From Bacteroidia bacterium (GTDB lineage: Bacteria; Bacteroidota; Bacteroidia; NS11-12g; UBA9320), in NCBI GenBank assembly GCA_047614125.1, contig JBLHHI010000003.1:1-57130 (forward strand): DNA of 57,130 bases, given 5' to 3'. Made by a program: the position numbers and the translations under genes. The number at the start of each line of letters is the position of its first letter. Within the stretch, counting starts at the first letter, position 1. The notes below the pieces were generated by a model. It saw only the letters and a program-made list of their open reading frames with translations, was not told the origin of the DNA and made no database searches. Positions 40,201 to 49,440 of the stretch are shown one piece after another.

Positions 40201-42787
40201 GAAATACAACCCCGGCGATTTGGCACAGGTAACACTGCCAACTGCCGAAAAAGGGAAGGCCTTAGTGTGCGTTGAAAATGGATCGAAGGTGCTCAAAAAG
40301 TTTTGGGTAAATGCCCAGAAAGGAGAAACGAAATTTACCTTCAAGGTAGATAAAACGATGACTCCCAATGTTTACGTTCATGTAAGCTATATGCAACCCT
40401 ACAGCCAGGTAGAGAATGATTTACCCGCCCGAATGTATGGCATCCTTCCAATTTTTGTGGAGGATAAAGCAACGAGACTTGAACCGGTAATTTTGGTTAA
40501 GGATGAAATACGGCCCGATCGGAATGAAGTAATTACGGTGAAGGAATCTACTGGACAAAAAATGACCTATACCCTTGCGGTGGTAGATGAAGGTTTGTTG
40601 GATTTAACCCACTTTAAAACGCCAAAGTTGTGGAATCACTTTTACCAAAAACAAGGTTTGGGTGTTAAAACCTGGGATTTGTATGACCAAGTTATGTCGG
40701 GGTATGAAGGGAAATGGGGCAATGTATTGAGTGTTGGCGGAGATGAGGAAGGCAGCAGAGGCGACGCCACACATAAGGCATCTCGATTTAAACCAGCCGT
40801 GCGTTTTTTCGGGCCCTTTACCTTAGATGCCAATGGAACTAGCCGTCACTTGGTTTCGCTGGGATCATACATTGGTGCGGTGCGCGTAATGTTGGTTGCT
40901 CGAAATAATGGTGCTTTTGGAAGTGCAGAAAAATCTGTAAAAGTTAAAAAGCCCATCATGCTCGTTACCACAGTTCCTCGTGTATTAAGTGCCGGCGAAC
41001 GGATTGCCATTCCAGTGAACGTATTTTCGGTAACCGATGAAGCCAAAAAAGTGGAGGTTACCATTAAAGTTAGTGGCAACATCAGCACAGAAGGAGAGAC
41101 TTCTAAAACCATACGCTTCACCGGAGCTGGAGATGAAGTGGTGGATTTCTATGCATCCATTCCAGAAATGATTGGAAAGGCAAAGATTGTTGTAACCGCA
41201 GTGAGTGGGAATGAAAAAGCTGTGAGCACCACCGAAGTTGAAGTTCGAGCGCCTAATCCGTTGGTTAGTACGGTGGATGAATATGCCATTAAATCGGGAG
41301 GTAAGCTTGATTTAAAGGCAGTTATGGATGGACTTTCGGGTACAAATACTGCCATTGTTGAATACTCCAGTCTTCCTCCAATAAACCTGCAACAGCGCAT
41401 TAATCAACTCATTCAATATCCGCACGGGTGTGTAGAACAAACCACAAGTTCTGTTTTTGCACAAATGTTTATCGAAGAATTTGTTGAACCAACGGTGGAT
41501 CAAAAGAAGTCAATTCACCAAAATGTTCAAGCCGCAATTCATCGGTTGAGAGGTTTCCAAACTTCAGATGGAGGGCTGGGTTATTGGCTTGGAGCGCGAC
41601 AAACAAATGCATGGGGAACCAACTACGCCGGTCACTTCATTACGTGCGCTAAGCAGCGAGGTTATTCCGTAGCTCCCGATTTCTATGACAATTGGTTAAC
41701 CTTTCAACAAAATTCTGCTCGTAACTACTCAAAAGGAAATGGAGAAGAAGAGATGATTCAAGCGTATCGCCTGTATACTATGGCGTTGGCTGGTAAACCC
41801 GATTTAACTTCCATGAATCGAATGCGAGAAGGTGGAGTTTCATCCAATCCGGCAAAGTGGAAACTTGCTGCGGCCTACATATTGGCTGGTATGCCGGAAG
41901 TAGCTGAAAACTTGTCAAAACAAGCTACTACAGATTCGGAGAGCTATTTAAATCATGGTCGCACTTATGGATCTCAACTGCGCGACGATGCTATGATTTT
42001 AGAAACCATCATCCTACTTAAAAAACCGGAACAAGGGGTAATGCTTCTTCGAAGAATCAGCGAGGCTCTTGCCAGTAACCGATGGATGAGCACCCAAGAA
42101 ACGGCGTATGCGCTCATTAGTTTGGCGGGCTACCATGCCAATGGAAAGTCAGGAGAAAAAATGTCGTTCACCTATACCAACCGTGGATCCGCTCAGCGCA
42201 TTGTTTCATCGAAACCCATTGCACAAATGACGGTGTTGGATCAGGCCAAGCCGCAAACCTATGCCACTCAATTGCACAATACATCTACGCAAATGCTCTT
42301 TGTACGGGTAATTAAACAAATGGTTCCGTTAAAAACAGACACAACCATTGTACGCAACAACTTGCAAATGTCGGTGCATTACGTTGATTTTGAAGGTTTT
42401 GCAGTAAATCCTGCCGTTTTGGTGCAGGGACAAGAATTTAAGGCAATTGTAAAAATCAAGAATCCAGGAACCCGAGGGAACCTCCAAGACATGGCCTTAA
42501 ACCATTTGATTGCAGGTGGTTGGGAAATACAGAACGCTCGTTTAACCGGTCAAGACGAAGCGCAGAACTATACGTATCGGGATATAAGAGATGATCGAGT
42601 TTACACCTACTTTGATTTAAATAGAAACAACGAGGTAGCTTATACACTTAATCTAACGGCAACCTATGCAGGTAAGTTCTACTTACCGGCCGTTGTTGCT
42701 GAAAGCATGTACGACCACAGCGTTATGGCCAAGGTGCCGGGACAGTGGGTGGAAGTGCATAAAAAAGAAAAGGAGCTCGGCAAGTAA
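37253..42787 (+). CDS. Bacterial alpha-2-macroglobulin (YfhM-like) lipoprotein
   Basis: Lipobox LTSC, YTERGVWRPGD, AVVDEG, thioester YPHGCVEQTTS, DIRDDRV, AESMYD. Confidence 0.96.
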   Translation: MIQRTPLLSTLFLLVFATALTSCHKRNTSIPVYDPEFVHHISAFTSGVVSKNQVITIVLKDAIDPTKVKPSDLQNVFEFSPPIKGLARWNDERTISFTPSEPLSRGTIYMTVFNLGKLKKVQANLKKFPFRFETKKPGIWLGSLNAQTYPDQNYRLKFVECNVSVNDVEDLELVKSCITANYQGKPFPFSLKSSGALQYVLRMDSLPRGEENRKAELAVSAKPMGGNHTFSKAVIVHGLGNFRVTTIQVENEPDQKVHVYFSDNIAETQNLQGLLKIDDKPITQFSLNGNKLTFFPENRLVGQHNIQCAASIRNYAGFNIKKDHVQSVNFQRPKPKLRLVGNGTIVPGAKGVVFPFEAMGLKAVDVWIYQIHEKNIPQFLQISDLEGSRELSRVGSLVYNGKVDLAQNKKPIETDWNRYTLNLNTWLKKEPGAIYRVLLGFRQSYTYWECEDEDEDEVEGEGDDEEEGSNDMGTSDRGLFYDYYNNSLDNLNSSPCNSSFYYRSSICRNILASDVGIIAKQGKDGITHLIASNLLSSEPLANAKVTYYSYNNQVITTTYADEKGMISSKLKVQPYLVVVTSGNQRGYLKLGDGRANSTSTFDVEGLNMESGIDGKIYTERGVWRPGDSMYICFTLFDRERVLPSNVPVRFTLENPQGQKVSTMVKTSSVGDVYDFRAATDHDAVTGNYRAIVQVGDNAYYKTIAVETVQPNRLKIRLESSDSLLSLHHPNKLTLSAAWLHGAPANGLDYNIQARLRSTKTQFKGYEAYTFEDHLKESTFHEMIVATGKLDDASTAEIEPTFELNQKISGMLKVDFITKVFEKSGNFSTDQGSYQLSPYTSYIGIKSPKTTAQDNSLETDKAHRFEIVNLSDKGKVVPKGKVGIRVYRMSWRWWWDNHNDVASYMQSNTLLPLLDSSISVHQGKGHIDFKMPYPNWGRFLMVVTDPISGHTSTKLFYVDWPYWRRSNRGAQEQANTIALTSNKSKYNPGDLAQVTLPTAEKGKALVCVENGSKVLKKFWVNAQKGETKFTFKVDKTMTPNVYVHVSYMQPYSQVENDLPARMYGILPIFVEDKATRLEPVILVKDEIRPDRNEVITVKESTGQKMTYTLAVVDEGLLDLTHFKTPKLWNHFYQKQGLGVKTWDLYDQVMSGYEGKWGNVLSVGGDEEGSRGDATHKASRFKPAVRFFGPFTLDANGTSRHLVSLGSYIGAVRVMLVARNNGAFGSAEKSVKVKKPIMLVTTVPRVLSAGERIAIPVNVFSVTDEAKKVEVTIKVSGNISTEGETSKTIRFTGAGDEVVDFYASIPEMIGKAKIVVTAVSGNEKAVSTTEVEVRAPNPLVSTVDEYAIKSGGKLDLKAVMDGLSGTNTAIVEYSSLPPINLQQRINQLIQYPHGCVEQTTSSVFAQMFIEEFVEPTVDQKKSIHQNVQAAIHRLRGFQTSDGGLGYWLGARQTNAWGTNYAGHFITCAKQRGYSVAPDFYDNWLTFQQNSARNYSKGNGEEEMIQAYRLYTMALAGKPDLTSMNRMREGGVSSNPAKWKLAAAYILAGMPEVAENLSKQATTDSESYLNHGRTYGSQLRDDAMILETIILLKKPEQGVMLLRRISEALASNRWMSTQETAYALISLAGYHANGKSGEKMSFTYTNRGSAQRIVSSKPIAQMTVLDQAKPQTYATQLHNTSTQMLFVRVIKQMVPLKTDTTIVRNNLQMSVHYVDFEGFAVNPAVLVQGQEFKAIVKIKNPGTRGNLQDMALNHLIAGGWEIQNARLTGQDEAQNYTYRDIRDDRVYTYFDLNRNNEVAYTLNLTATYAGKFYLPAVVAESMYDHSVMAKVPGQWVEVHKKEKELGK

Positions 42788-42839
42788 ACCAACAAATTTT
42801 TTGTACATAAAATCCTGATTACAATTGGGTTAAACTATC

Positions 42840-42870
42840 GGCAGACGAGGGATCGTCTGCCTTTTTTTTT
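42840..42870 (+). terminator. Rho-independent terminator
   Basis: GGCAGACGA-GGGA-TCGTCTGCC followed by T9. Confidence 0.9.
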
Positions 42871-42986
42871 GTGGCTTTAATTAAATCGTTTGAGCATTAT
42901 TTTGGTTATATCAAGTTGCACCGTGTACTTTTGCTTCCACTCTAAACCGGCAAATTTCTAGGTTATTTGTGGAGTTGATTCAAGGT

Positions 42987-44144
42987 ATGGCAGGTATTTA
43001 CATTCATATTCCCTTTTGCAGACAGGCATGTCATTATTGTGATTTCCACTTTGCAACCTCGTTAAAAGATGCCGAGCGCATGATCGAATGCATGGTTTTG
43101 GAAATGAAACAACGATCTGATGAAATTGGATCGGCAGAAATTGAAACCATTTATCTGGGAGGTGGAACACCAAGCATTCTAGAACCAAAGCACTATGACC
43201 AATTGTTTCAAACCATTCATCAATGTTTTTCCCTATCGAACGATCTGGAAATAACCCTTGAAGCAAATCCAGAAGATTTAAATGCTGAACGATTGAGTCA
43301 CTTTAAATCATTGGGTATTAATCGATTAAGCATCGGAGTGCAATCGTTTCGAGATGAAGACCTGAAATGGATGAACCGAGCCCATAGTGCTGAAGAAGCT
43401 CGAGCTGCCATTGAACTTGCCTTGCAATTTGGGTTCAAAGATCTGAATTTGGATTTAATATATGGCATTCCAAACATGACCCAAAGGGCGTGGCAGAAGA
43501 ATGTAGATGAGGCGCTTCTAATCGGTGTGAATCACATTTCCGCGTATAATTTAACGGTAGAATCCGGAACAGCATTGGCGCATTTTGTAAAAAAAGGAAC
43601 GAGTAAAGACGTTGATGAAGAACAATCCATTGCGGAGCTCAACTACCTAAAACAAGCTTGCGCTCAACACGGATGGGAGCGCTACGAAATTTCGAATTAT
43701 TGTAAAGCGGGCAATTATGCCAAACACAACACGAATTATTGGCGAAGTATCTCCTATTTTGGCTTTGGCCCATCGGCTCATTCGTTCAATGCCACCGAGC
43801 AAACTAGACGATGGAACGTTCGGAACAATGCCAAGTATATGAAAAATGTGGAGAATGGCAGCTTGTACTTTGAAATGGAAAAACTGAGCATTCGTAATCA
43901 ATTCAATGAGCTTTTAATGTTGGGCCTGCGAACGAAATGGGGTGTTGACATCCGTGAAGTTCAGGAACGCATTTCCGAATTTTCGGATGCTGAAGCTGTT
44001 GCTGCGAGCTTTCATCAATCCATTCAAGATCTCGAAGTTAAAGGCTGGATGCAACGCCATGGAGCATCCCATTTTTTAACTGAAGTTGGTAAAAACTATG
44101 CAGATGCCGCCTTAGCCGAACTCTTTCTTGAAGAGACTTCGTAA
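42987..44144 (+). CDS. hemW: Radical SAM heme chaperone HemW
   Basis: GIYIHIPFCRQACHYCDF, YLGGGTPS, ITLEANP, YEISNY, HNTNYW. Confidence 0.94.
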   Translation: MAGIYIHIPFCRQACHYCDFHFATSLKDAERMIECMVLEMKQRSDEIGSAEIETIYLGGGTPSILEPKHYDQLFQTIHQCFSLSNDLEITLEANPEDLNAERLSHFKSLGINRLSIGVQSFRDEDLKWMNRAHSAEEARAAIELALQFGFKDLNLDLIYGIPNMTQRAWQKNVDEALLIGVNHISAYNLTVESGTALAHFVKKGTSKDVDEEQSIAELNYLKQACAQHGWERYEISNYCKAGNYAKHNTNYWRSISYFGFGPSAHSFNATEQTRRWNVRNNAKYMKNVENGSLYFEMEKLSIRNQFNELLMLGLRTKWGVDIREVQERISEFSDAEAVAASFHQSIQDLEVKGWMQRHGASHFLTEVGKNYADAALAELFLEETS

Positions 44145-44282
44145 AAAAATCCCAAAGTCTAATATCCAAAACGTTGTATTTCACGCATACTAAGTTAGTT
44201 GGGGTATTCCTCCATGTGGAATGAAATTCAGTTTGCAAGGTGTTAATTATACATTCACCACAAAAAGTGCATTGGTATTTGC

Positions 44283-44332
44283 TATACAAAACGTACTTTT
44301 GTTTAACATTAAATAACGAAGATTAAACAAAA
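44283..44332 (+). promoter_or_regulatory. crtI promoter with overlapping candidate operator
   Basis: TACTTTTG -7 box 44294-44301; perfect inverted repeat TTTTGTTTAA(44297)-N16-TTAAACAAAA(44332); TnnACA hexamers at 44283, 44303 and 44324. Confidence 0.6.
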
Positions 44333-45802
44333 TTGAAATCAGTTGCAATCATAGGAAGCGGATTTTCTTCGCTTAGTGCTGCGTCGTATTTGGCGGCGGC
44401 TGGTTATTCCGTACATATTTTTGAGAAGAATGATTCATTGGGCGGTCGTGCTCGGAAGTTTGAAGACCAAGGTTTTCATTTCGACATGGGCCCGAGTTGG
44501 TATTGGATGCCCGAGGTGTTCGAGTCTTTTTTTGCTGATTTCGATCATACCACTTCCGATTTTTATGAATTGATTCGATTGGATCCATCCTATCAAGTAA
44601 TTTTTGAGGATCAAACGTTGCCGGTTCCTGCCACAAAGGAACGATTCTTGGATATGGCGGAAGAACTGGAACGGGGCTCTCATGAGAAAATATCCAACTA
44701 CCTTAACGAAGCTGAATATAAGTACAATACGGCAATGAAGGGCTTTGTTCAAAAACCTTCTTTATCGTTTACAGAATATTTGCATCCGGGATACTTGTTC
44801 AAGGCCTTAAAGTTGAACATGTTTAACTCGGTAAGTGCGCATGTAGAAAAGGTTACTAAGAATAAAAAGCTTCGCGAAATCTTGGAGTTTCCTGTGCTTT
44901 TTTTGGGAGAAACTCCCAAAAGAATTCCCGCGATGTATTCGATGATGAATCATGCAGACATTGCCTTGGGTACCTGGTATCCGATGGGAGGGATGCATAA
45001 AATTATTGAAGGCTTTGAAAGCGTTGCAAGAGAATTGGGGGTAAAAATACACCTCAACTCACCGGTGGAACGCATTGATATAAACGCTCTAAATCAAGCC
45101 GGCATTGTAGTAAACGGAAATTCTAGGGGCTTTGATGTTGTTGTTTCTGGCGCCGATTACCATCATACCGAACAATTTTTGCTACCGGCTCAGCATAGAA
45201 CCTATTCTCCCAACTATTGGAAATCCAAAACCTTTGCACCGAGTTGTTTGATTTACTATATTGGAATCAATCGAACGCTACCAAAGCTTGAGCATCACAA
45301 CTTGTTTTTTGATGCCAACTTCTCGCAACATGGCAAAGAAATATATGAAACGCATAAATGGCCGGAAGATCCGCTATTCTATGTTTGTTGCCCATCCAAA
45401 ACAGATCCATCTGTGGTGCCAGAAGGATGTGAAAACCTCTTCATCTTAATCCCCGTTTCCACCGAAATTGAAGATAGTCAAGAAATCCGAGATGAGTATT
45501 TCGAGAAGACGAAGCTGCGCATTAAAAATCAAACGGGCGTTGATATTTCTGACCACATATTGGTTCAAAGAAGCTACGCACGTTCCAACTTTATTTCGGA
45601 TTATAACGCGTATAAAGGCAATGCATATGGATTGGCCAATACGTTGAATCAGACGGCATTTTTAAAACCGAAAATGAGACACAAAAAGATACAAAACCTA
45701 TATTTCACCGGACAGCTCACCGTTCCAGGGCCCGGCGTTCCACCTTCAATTATTTCCGGACAAATAGTAGCCAACTTAGTTTCAAAGAATCACCCAATAT
45801 GA
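44333..45802 (+). CDS. crtI: Phytoene desaturase
   Basis: IIGSGFSSL, EKND.LGGR, FDMGPSWYWMP, WYPMGGM, YFTGQLTVPGPGVPP; TTG start. Confidence 0.95.
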   Translation: MKSVAIIGSGFSSLSAASYLAAAGYSVHIFEKNDSLGGRARKFEDQGFHFDMGPSWYWMPEVFESFFADFDHTTSDFYELIRLDPSYQVIFEDQTLPVPATKERFLDMAEELERGSHEKISNYLNEAEYKYNTAMKGFVQKPSLSFTEYLHPGYLFKALKLNMFNSVSAHVEKVTKNKKLREILEFPVLFLGETPKRIPAMYSMMNHADIALGTWYPMGGMHKIIEGFESVARELGVKIHLNSPVERIDINALNQAGIVVNGNSRGFDVVVSGADYHHTEQFLLPAQHRTYSPNYWKSKTFAPSCLIYYIGINRTLPKLEHHNLFFDANFSQHGKEIYETHKWPEDPLFYVCCPSKTDPSVVPEGCENLFILIPVSTEIEDSQEIRDEYFEKTKLRIKNQTGVDISDHILVQRSYARSNFISDYNAYKGNAYGLANTLNQTAFLKPKMRHKKIQNLYFTGQLTVPGPGVPPSIISGQIVANLVSKNHPI

Positions 45803-46635
45803 ATCCAATTTACAAAAAAATTTCGCTTAAAAGCAGTGCTTTTATCACCCAATCGTACAGCACGAGTTTCTCGCATGGAGTGCGACTCTTGCATCGAAAT
45901 ATTCAACTTCCAATCCACGCCATTTATGGCTTTGTGCGTTTGGCAGACGAAATCGTGGATACCTTTCACGATCAAGACCAAGCCCAATTGTTGGATGAAT
46001 ACAGAACTGCAACTTACAAGGCTATGGAACGTGGGCACAGTATAAATCCGGTGCTGAACAGCTTTCAATGGGTGGTTAACAAATATGGCATTGATCGGGA
46101 GTTTATAGATTCATTCTTAAACAGTATGGAGATGGATTTAGAGCAGAAATCGCACGATCAGCTTTCGTACGCTTCATACATTTTGGGATCGGCAGAGGTG
46201 GTTGGGCTCATGTGTCTTCGCGTATTTTGCAACAATGATTCTAAGCAATTTGACGAGCTTAAACCCCATGCAATGAGCTTGGGTTCGGCCTTTCAGAAGG
46301 TAAACTTTTTACGCGATATTAAAGAAGACGTGGAAGAATTGGGTCGGGTTTATTTTCCAGGAATCTCCTTCGATGATTTTAATGCCAATGTGAAAAGTCA
46401 AATAGAAGAGGAGATTCTAAGAGAATTTGATCATGCTTTTATTGGCATACAAAAACTGCCAGCATCCAGTAAACTGGGTGTTTATACCGCCTATATGTAT
46501 TACAAAACCCTTTTAAAGAAGATCATGAGGTCGAATGCTCATGAACTTTTTTCGAGAAGAATTCGAGTTTCGAATGCCCAGAAATTGGCGCTGATGTTGC
46601 AATCACGAACCCGATTTGAACTGGGTATGTTATAA
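45799..46635 (+). CDS. crtB: Phytoene synthase
   Basis: YSTSFS, YGFVRLADEIVD, SMEMDL, GSAEVVGLM, FQKVNFLRDIKED, GRVYFP. Confidence 0.96.
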   Translation: MNPIYKKISLKSSAFITQSYSTSFSHGVRLLHRNIQLPIHAIYGFVRLADEIVDTFHDQDQAQLLDEYRTATYKAMERGHSINPVLNSFQWVVNKYGIDREFIDSFLNSMEMDLEQKSHDQLSYASYILGSAEVVGLMCLRVFCNNDSKQFDELKPHAMSLGSAFQKVNFLRDIKEDVEELGRVYFPGISFDDFNANVKSQIEEEILREFDHAFIGIQKLPASSKLGVYTAYMYYKTLLKKIMRSNAHELFSRRIRVSNAQKLALMLQSRTRFELGML

Positions 46636-46646
46636 GTTTGCACTTT

Positions 46647-47102
46647 ATGAAACTCACAACCTCAAGTATTTTAGCTTTGGTGCTCTTTACCGCTGGATCC
46701 AACCAAGATCTTTTGCTCAATATTCGAACCGCATATCCGTATTGTTCCGATCGATTGGTCATTTGTGAAGGGTATTTGGAGCAATTGGAAAAAGCGCCTC
46801 AAAGCGCTGTATATCAAGGATATAGGGCGGCTTTAACGATGATTATGGCAAATCATGTTTCAAATCCCATAACAAAACTCGAGTATTTCAAACGTGGAAA
46901 GGCAAACTTAGAATCGGTCATTGCTCAGCACCCTTTCGAGATTGAACTTCGATATTTGCGGTATTCCATTCAACGAGAATGTCCTTCATTTCTTAGATAT
47001 AACAATGCGTTGGAAAACGATTTGAAGTTTTTACAAGCTGAAGTTACAACGTTAACCGATGCTACCTTACAAGCCATGATTGTTGAAATAATTAAAAAAT
47101 AA
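46647..47102 (+). CDS. Hypothetical helical exported protein of Bacteroidota crt clusters
   Basis: NPITKLEYFKRGK..LE, EIELRYLRYSIQ..P.FL.Y; sits between crtB and crtZ. Confidence 0.75.
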   Translation: MKLTTSSILALVLFTAGSNQDLLLNIRTAYPYCSDRLVICEGYLEQLEKAPQSAVYQGYRAALTMIMANHVSNPITKLEYFKRGKANLESVIAQHPFEIELRYLRYSIQRECPSFLRYNNALENDLKFLQAEVTTLTDATLQAMIVEIIKK

Positions 47103-47105
47103 ACG

Positions 47106-47546
47106 ATGTATGCTCTATTAACAATTGGTGTTTTTTTCTTTATGGAGTTTGTGGCCTGGTTTACCCACAAGTACGTAATGCATGGGTTCTTATGGTCTTG
47201 GCACAAAGATCATCACGTTAAGGAGTCGAAGATTTTGGAGAAAAACGATCGATTCTTTTTGGTTTTTGCCATTCCAAGCGCAACTTCCTTTGTTGTTGGA
47301 TCTGTAACTCAACACACCTTTATGTTATTTATTGGGCTGGGAATATTGCTCTACGGGTTAGCCTATTTTTTCGTTCACGAAATCTTTATCCATCAACGTC
47401 TCCGGTTCTTTAGAAGAAGTAATAATAAATACTTAAAAGCCATCCGAAAAGCACATAAAGTGCATCACAAGCATTTAACAAAGGAACACGGCGAGTGCTT
47501 TGGAATGTTAATGGTTCCATGGAGGTATTTTAAAGAAGCGAGATGA
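47106..47546 (+). CDS. crtZ: Beta-carotene hydroxylase (sterol desaturase family)
   Basis: HKYVMHG, WHKDHH, EKND, VHEIFIHQR, AHKVHH His boxes. Confidence 0.92.
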   Translation: MYALLTIGVFFFMEFVAWFTHKYVMHGFLWSWHKDHHVKESKILEKNDRFFLVFAIPSATSFVVGSVTQHTFMLFIGLGILLYGLAYFFVHEIFIHQRLRFFRRSNNKYLKAIRKAHKVHHKHLTKEHGECFGMLMVPWRYFKEAR

Positions 47547-47553
47547 ACGCTTT

Positions 47554-48300
47554 CTATTTATCAAACGGCCGATAGCTAAATCCAACCATTCCCATCAAAG
47601 ATTTATGCCGGAAACGATCGTTGGCAAAGTTGTACGGCAAGGTGTTTATTGTGGTGTATTCGGTAAATAGGAAGCTGAATCCAAGCCGTATACTCATCTG
47701 ATTATTAAATCGGTACATTCCAGAAAGTTCGCTGTTGAGCATGCCCACATCGTTATCGCTTATCAATAAAAGGTTGCCAACTGTTGGCCTAGCAACTTCA
47801 ATTTTGTTCGCTTCCGGCGGAGCTGAGCTGGAAATAACGTGGGCATCTATATCACCACCAAATGAAAGTCCGGCAGCATCAATATTAAAACCTACCGCCC
47901 ATTTTTCATTAAAATCATATTGCATGTAAATCGCGGCATTAATGGAGCCCATCCCAAATTTCCCAACTGGGGTAATCGTATCGATGTTTTCGTTGAATAT
48001 TGGGCTGAAAAATATCTGTGGACCGGTTTTTTTTGAGGTAAGCTTTGCAGGAGCTGTGGTAAATAATTGTTGATTGCCGGCGTAGTAATTAAGACGCACA
48101 CCATAACCCAGTTTAAACTTGTCGTTTTTAGTTACACCGTGTACTTGGCTCCAGCTTAATGCACCCATAAATTCAGATAATCCGGCGCTTAGGGCTATAT
48201 CAAAGGTGTTATTTTGTTTGAAGGGCGTTTGTGCAAATGCGATATGACCACTGCAAACTATGATGATGATTAAGAATATTTTTTTCACTTTGTCTTCCAC
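47554..48300 (-). CDS. Hypothetical outer-membrane beta-barrel-like protein
   Basis: Signal peptide, alternating beta-strand pattern, aromatic C-terminal strand VGFSYRPF. Confidence 0.7.
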   Translation of the reverse strand: MEDKVKKIFLIIIIVCSGHIAFAQTPFKQNNTFDIALSAGLSEFMGALSWSQVHGVTKNDKFKLGYGVRLNYYAGNQQLFTTAPAKLTSKKTGPQIFFSPIFNENIDTITPVGKFGMGSINAAIYMQYDFNEKWAVGFNIDAAGLSFGGDIDAHVISSSAPPEANKIEVARPTVGNLLLISDNDVGMLNSELSGMYRFNNQMSIRLGFSFLFTEYTTINTLPYNFANDRFRHKSLMGMVGFSYRPFDK

Positions 48301-48306
48301 TTGTTG

Positions 48307-49377
48307 TTAAAAGGCTTCAGCAAATACGATGTATAAGCCATGACTGTCGTACGAACGACCATAATCGATTCGAATATTAGCGTTCGATTTTAAGTCGTGT
48401 TTTATTCTTAGTCCAACGCCGTAAGTGCAATTCCAACCACTGTTGTTGAAGGTTGATACAGATTGATACACCTTGCCAACATCGCCAAAGGCAGCCACGC
48501 CTATTCTGCTGAATATCATTTTGCGAAGCTCTGCTCGAATGATACTTGCGTTGTTATCTCGGAAACGCCCCATGTAATAACCCCGCAGAAATCTCGGTCC
48601 ACCCAGCTTAGGCATCATTCTAAAGGGAACCACTCCAACGTTGTTGAACAGACATACATTGGCATTTAGCACAAGATCATTAGCAAAGGTTTTGTACAAA
48701 CGAGCATCAAGCCAAGTATTTGTAAATGAGCCCGTTTGATTGCGATGATCGCCGTATCGCACAATTCCACCTTGAATAAAGTAGCCCTTGCATGGGTTAA
48801 AAATATTATCTCGCTCGTCTTTTAAGAAACTGAATCCAAGGCCAGAGCTGGCATATCCCTTGTTGGTAAAAGTGAAAGAAGGAGTTTTTATAAACTTGTT
48901 TAAATCTGTGAGGGCTTGGTGATGAACCACCAAACCAATATAACTTTTAGGTTGTACCTCAACATAGGCAAAATTTTTGAAGTTTACCAAGTTGAAATCA
49001 ATGAGGCAAGCATCGTTTACTTGTGTTTCGTTGCCAATTCCAAAGTAAAACTCTGGGAAACGGGATAAATCATTAGAGCCCATCAAATAGATGTTTTGTT
49101 TTAAAAACTTACCATAGATGTTGTGATCGTTTTGAAGCTGGATTTGCTTTCGAAAGGTTACATCCAGGTAGAATTGCGCATTCGAATTGCTAAGGTCACT
49201 GTGTTTGCTTTCGCGTTCCACCAAAAGCAAAACACCCACACCTATTGTCGTTTCTGGCGTGTAGAAAGCGGAAGGCAGTGCTTTCCAAACCGCATGTTTT
49301 GACGTAGTCTCCTGATGCAGTTGTGAATAAGCGGTTAAACTCCATCCAAGAAAAGCTATTAATAGTGATAATCTCAA
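48307..49377 (-). CDS. BamA/TamA (Omp85) family barrel-only outer-membrane protein
   Basis: YTPET, DERDNIFNP.KG, LGG...LRGYY.GRFRD, RIDYG, C-terminal EAF. Confidence 0.85.
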   Translation of the reverse strand: MRLSLLIAFLGWSLTAYSQLHQETTSKHAVWKALPSAFYTPETTIGVGVLLLVERESKHSDLSNSNAQFYLDVTFRKQIQLQNDHNIYGKFLKQNIYLMGSNDLSRFPEFYFGIGNETQVNDACLIDFNLVNFKNFAYVEVQPKSYIGLVVHHQALTDLNKFIKTPSFTFTNKGYASSGLGFSFLKDERDNIFNPCKGYFIQGGIVRYGDHRNQTGSFTNTWLDARLYKTFANDLVLNANVCLFNNVGVVPFRMMPKLGGPRFLRGYYMGRFRDNNASIIRAELRKMIFSRIGVAAFGDVGKVYQSVSTFNNSGWNCTYGVGLRIKHDLKSNANIRIDYGRSYDSHGLYIVFAEAF

Positions 49378-49440
49378 CGTTATTTAATTGTGGTAAGCAC
49401 TCTGTGTTGGTACCAAATTTAAAGGTATCCTGACCACTTT

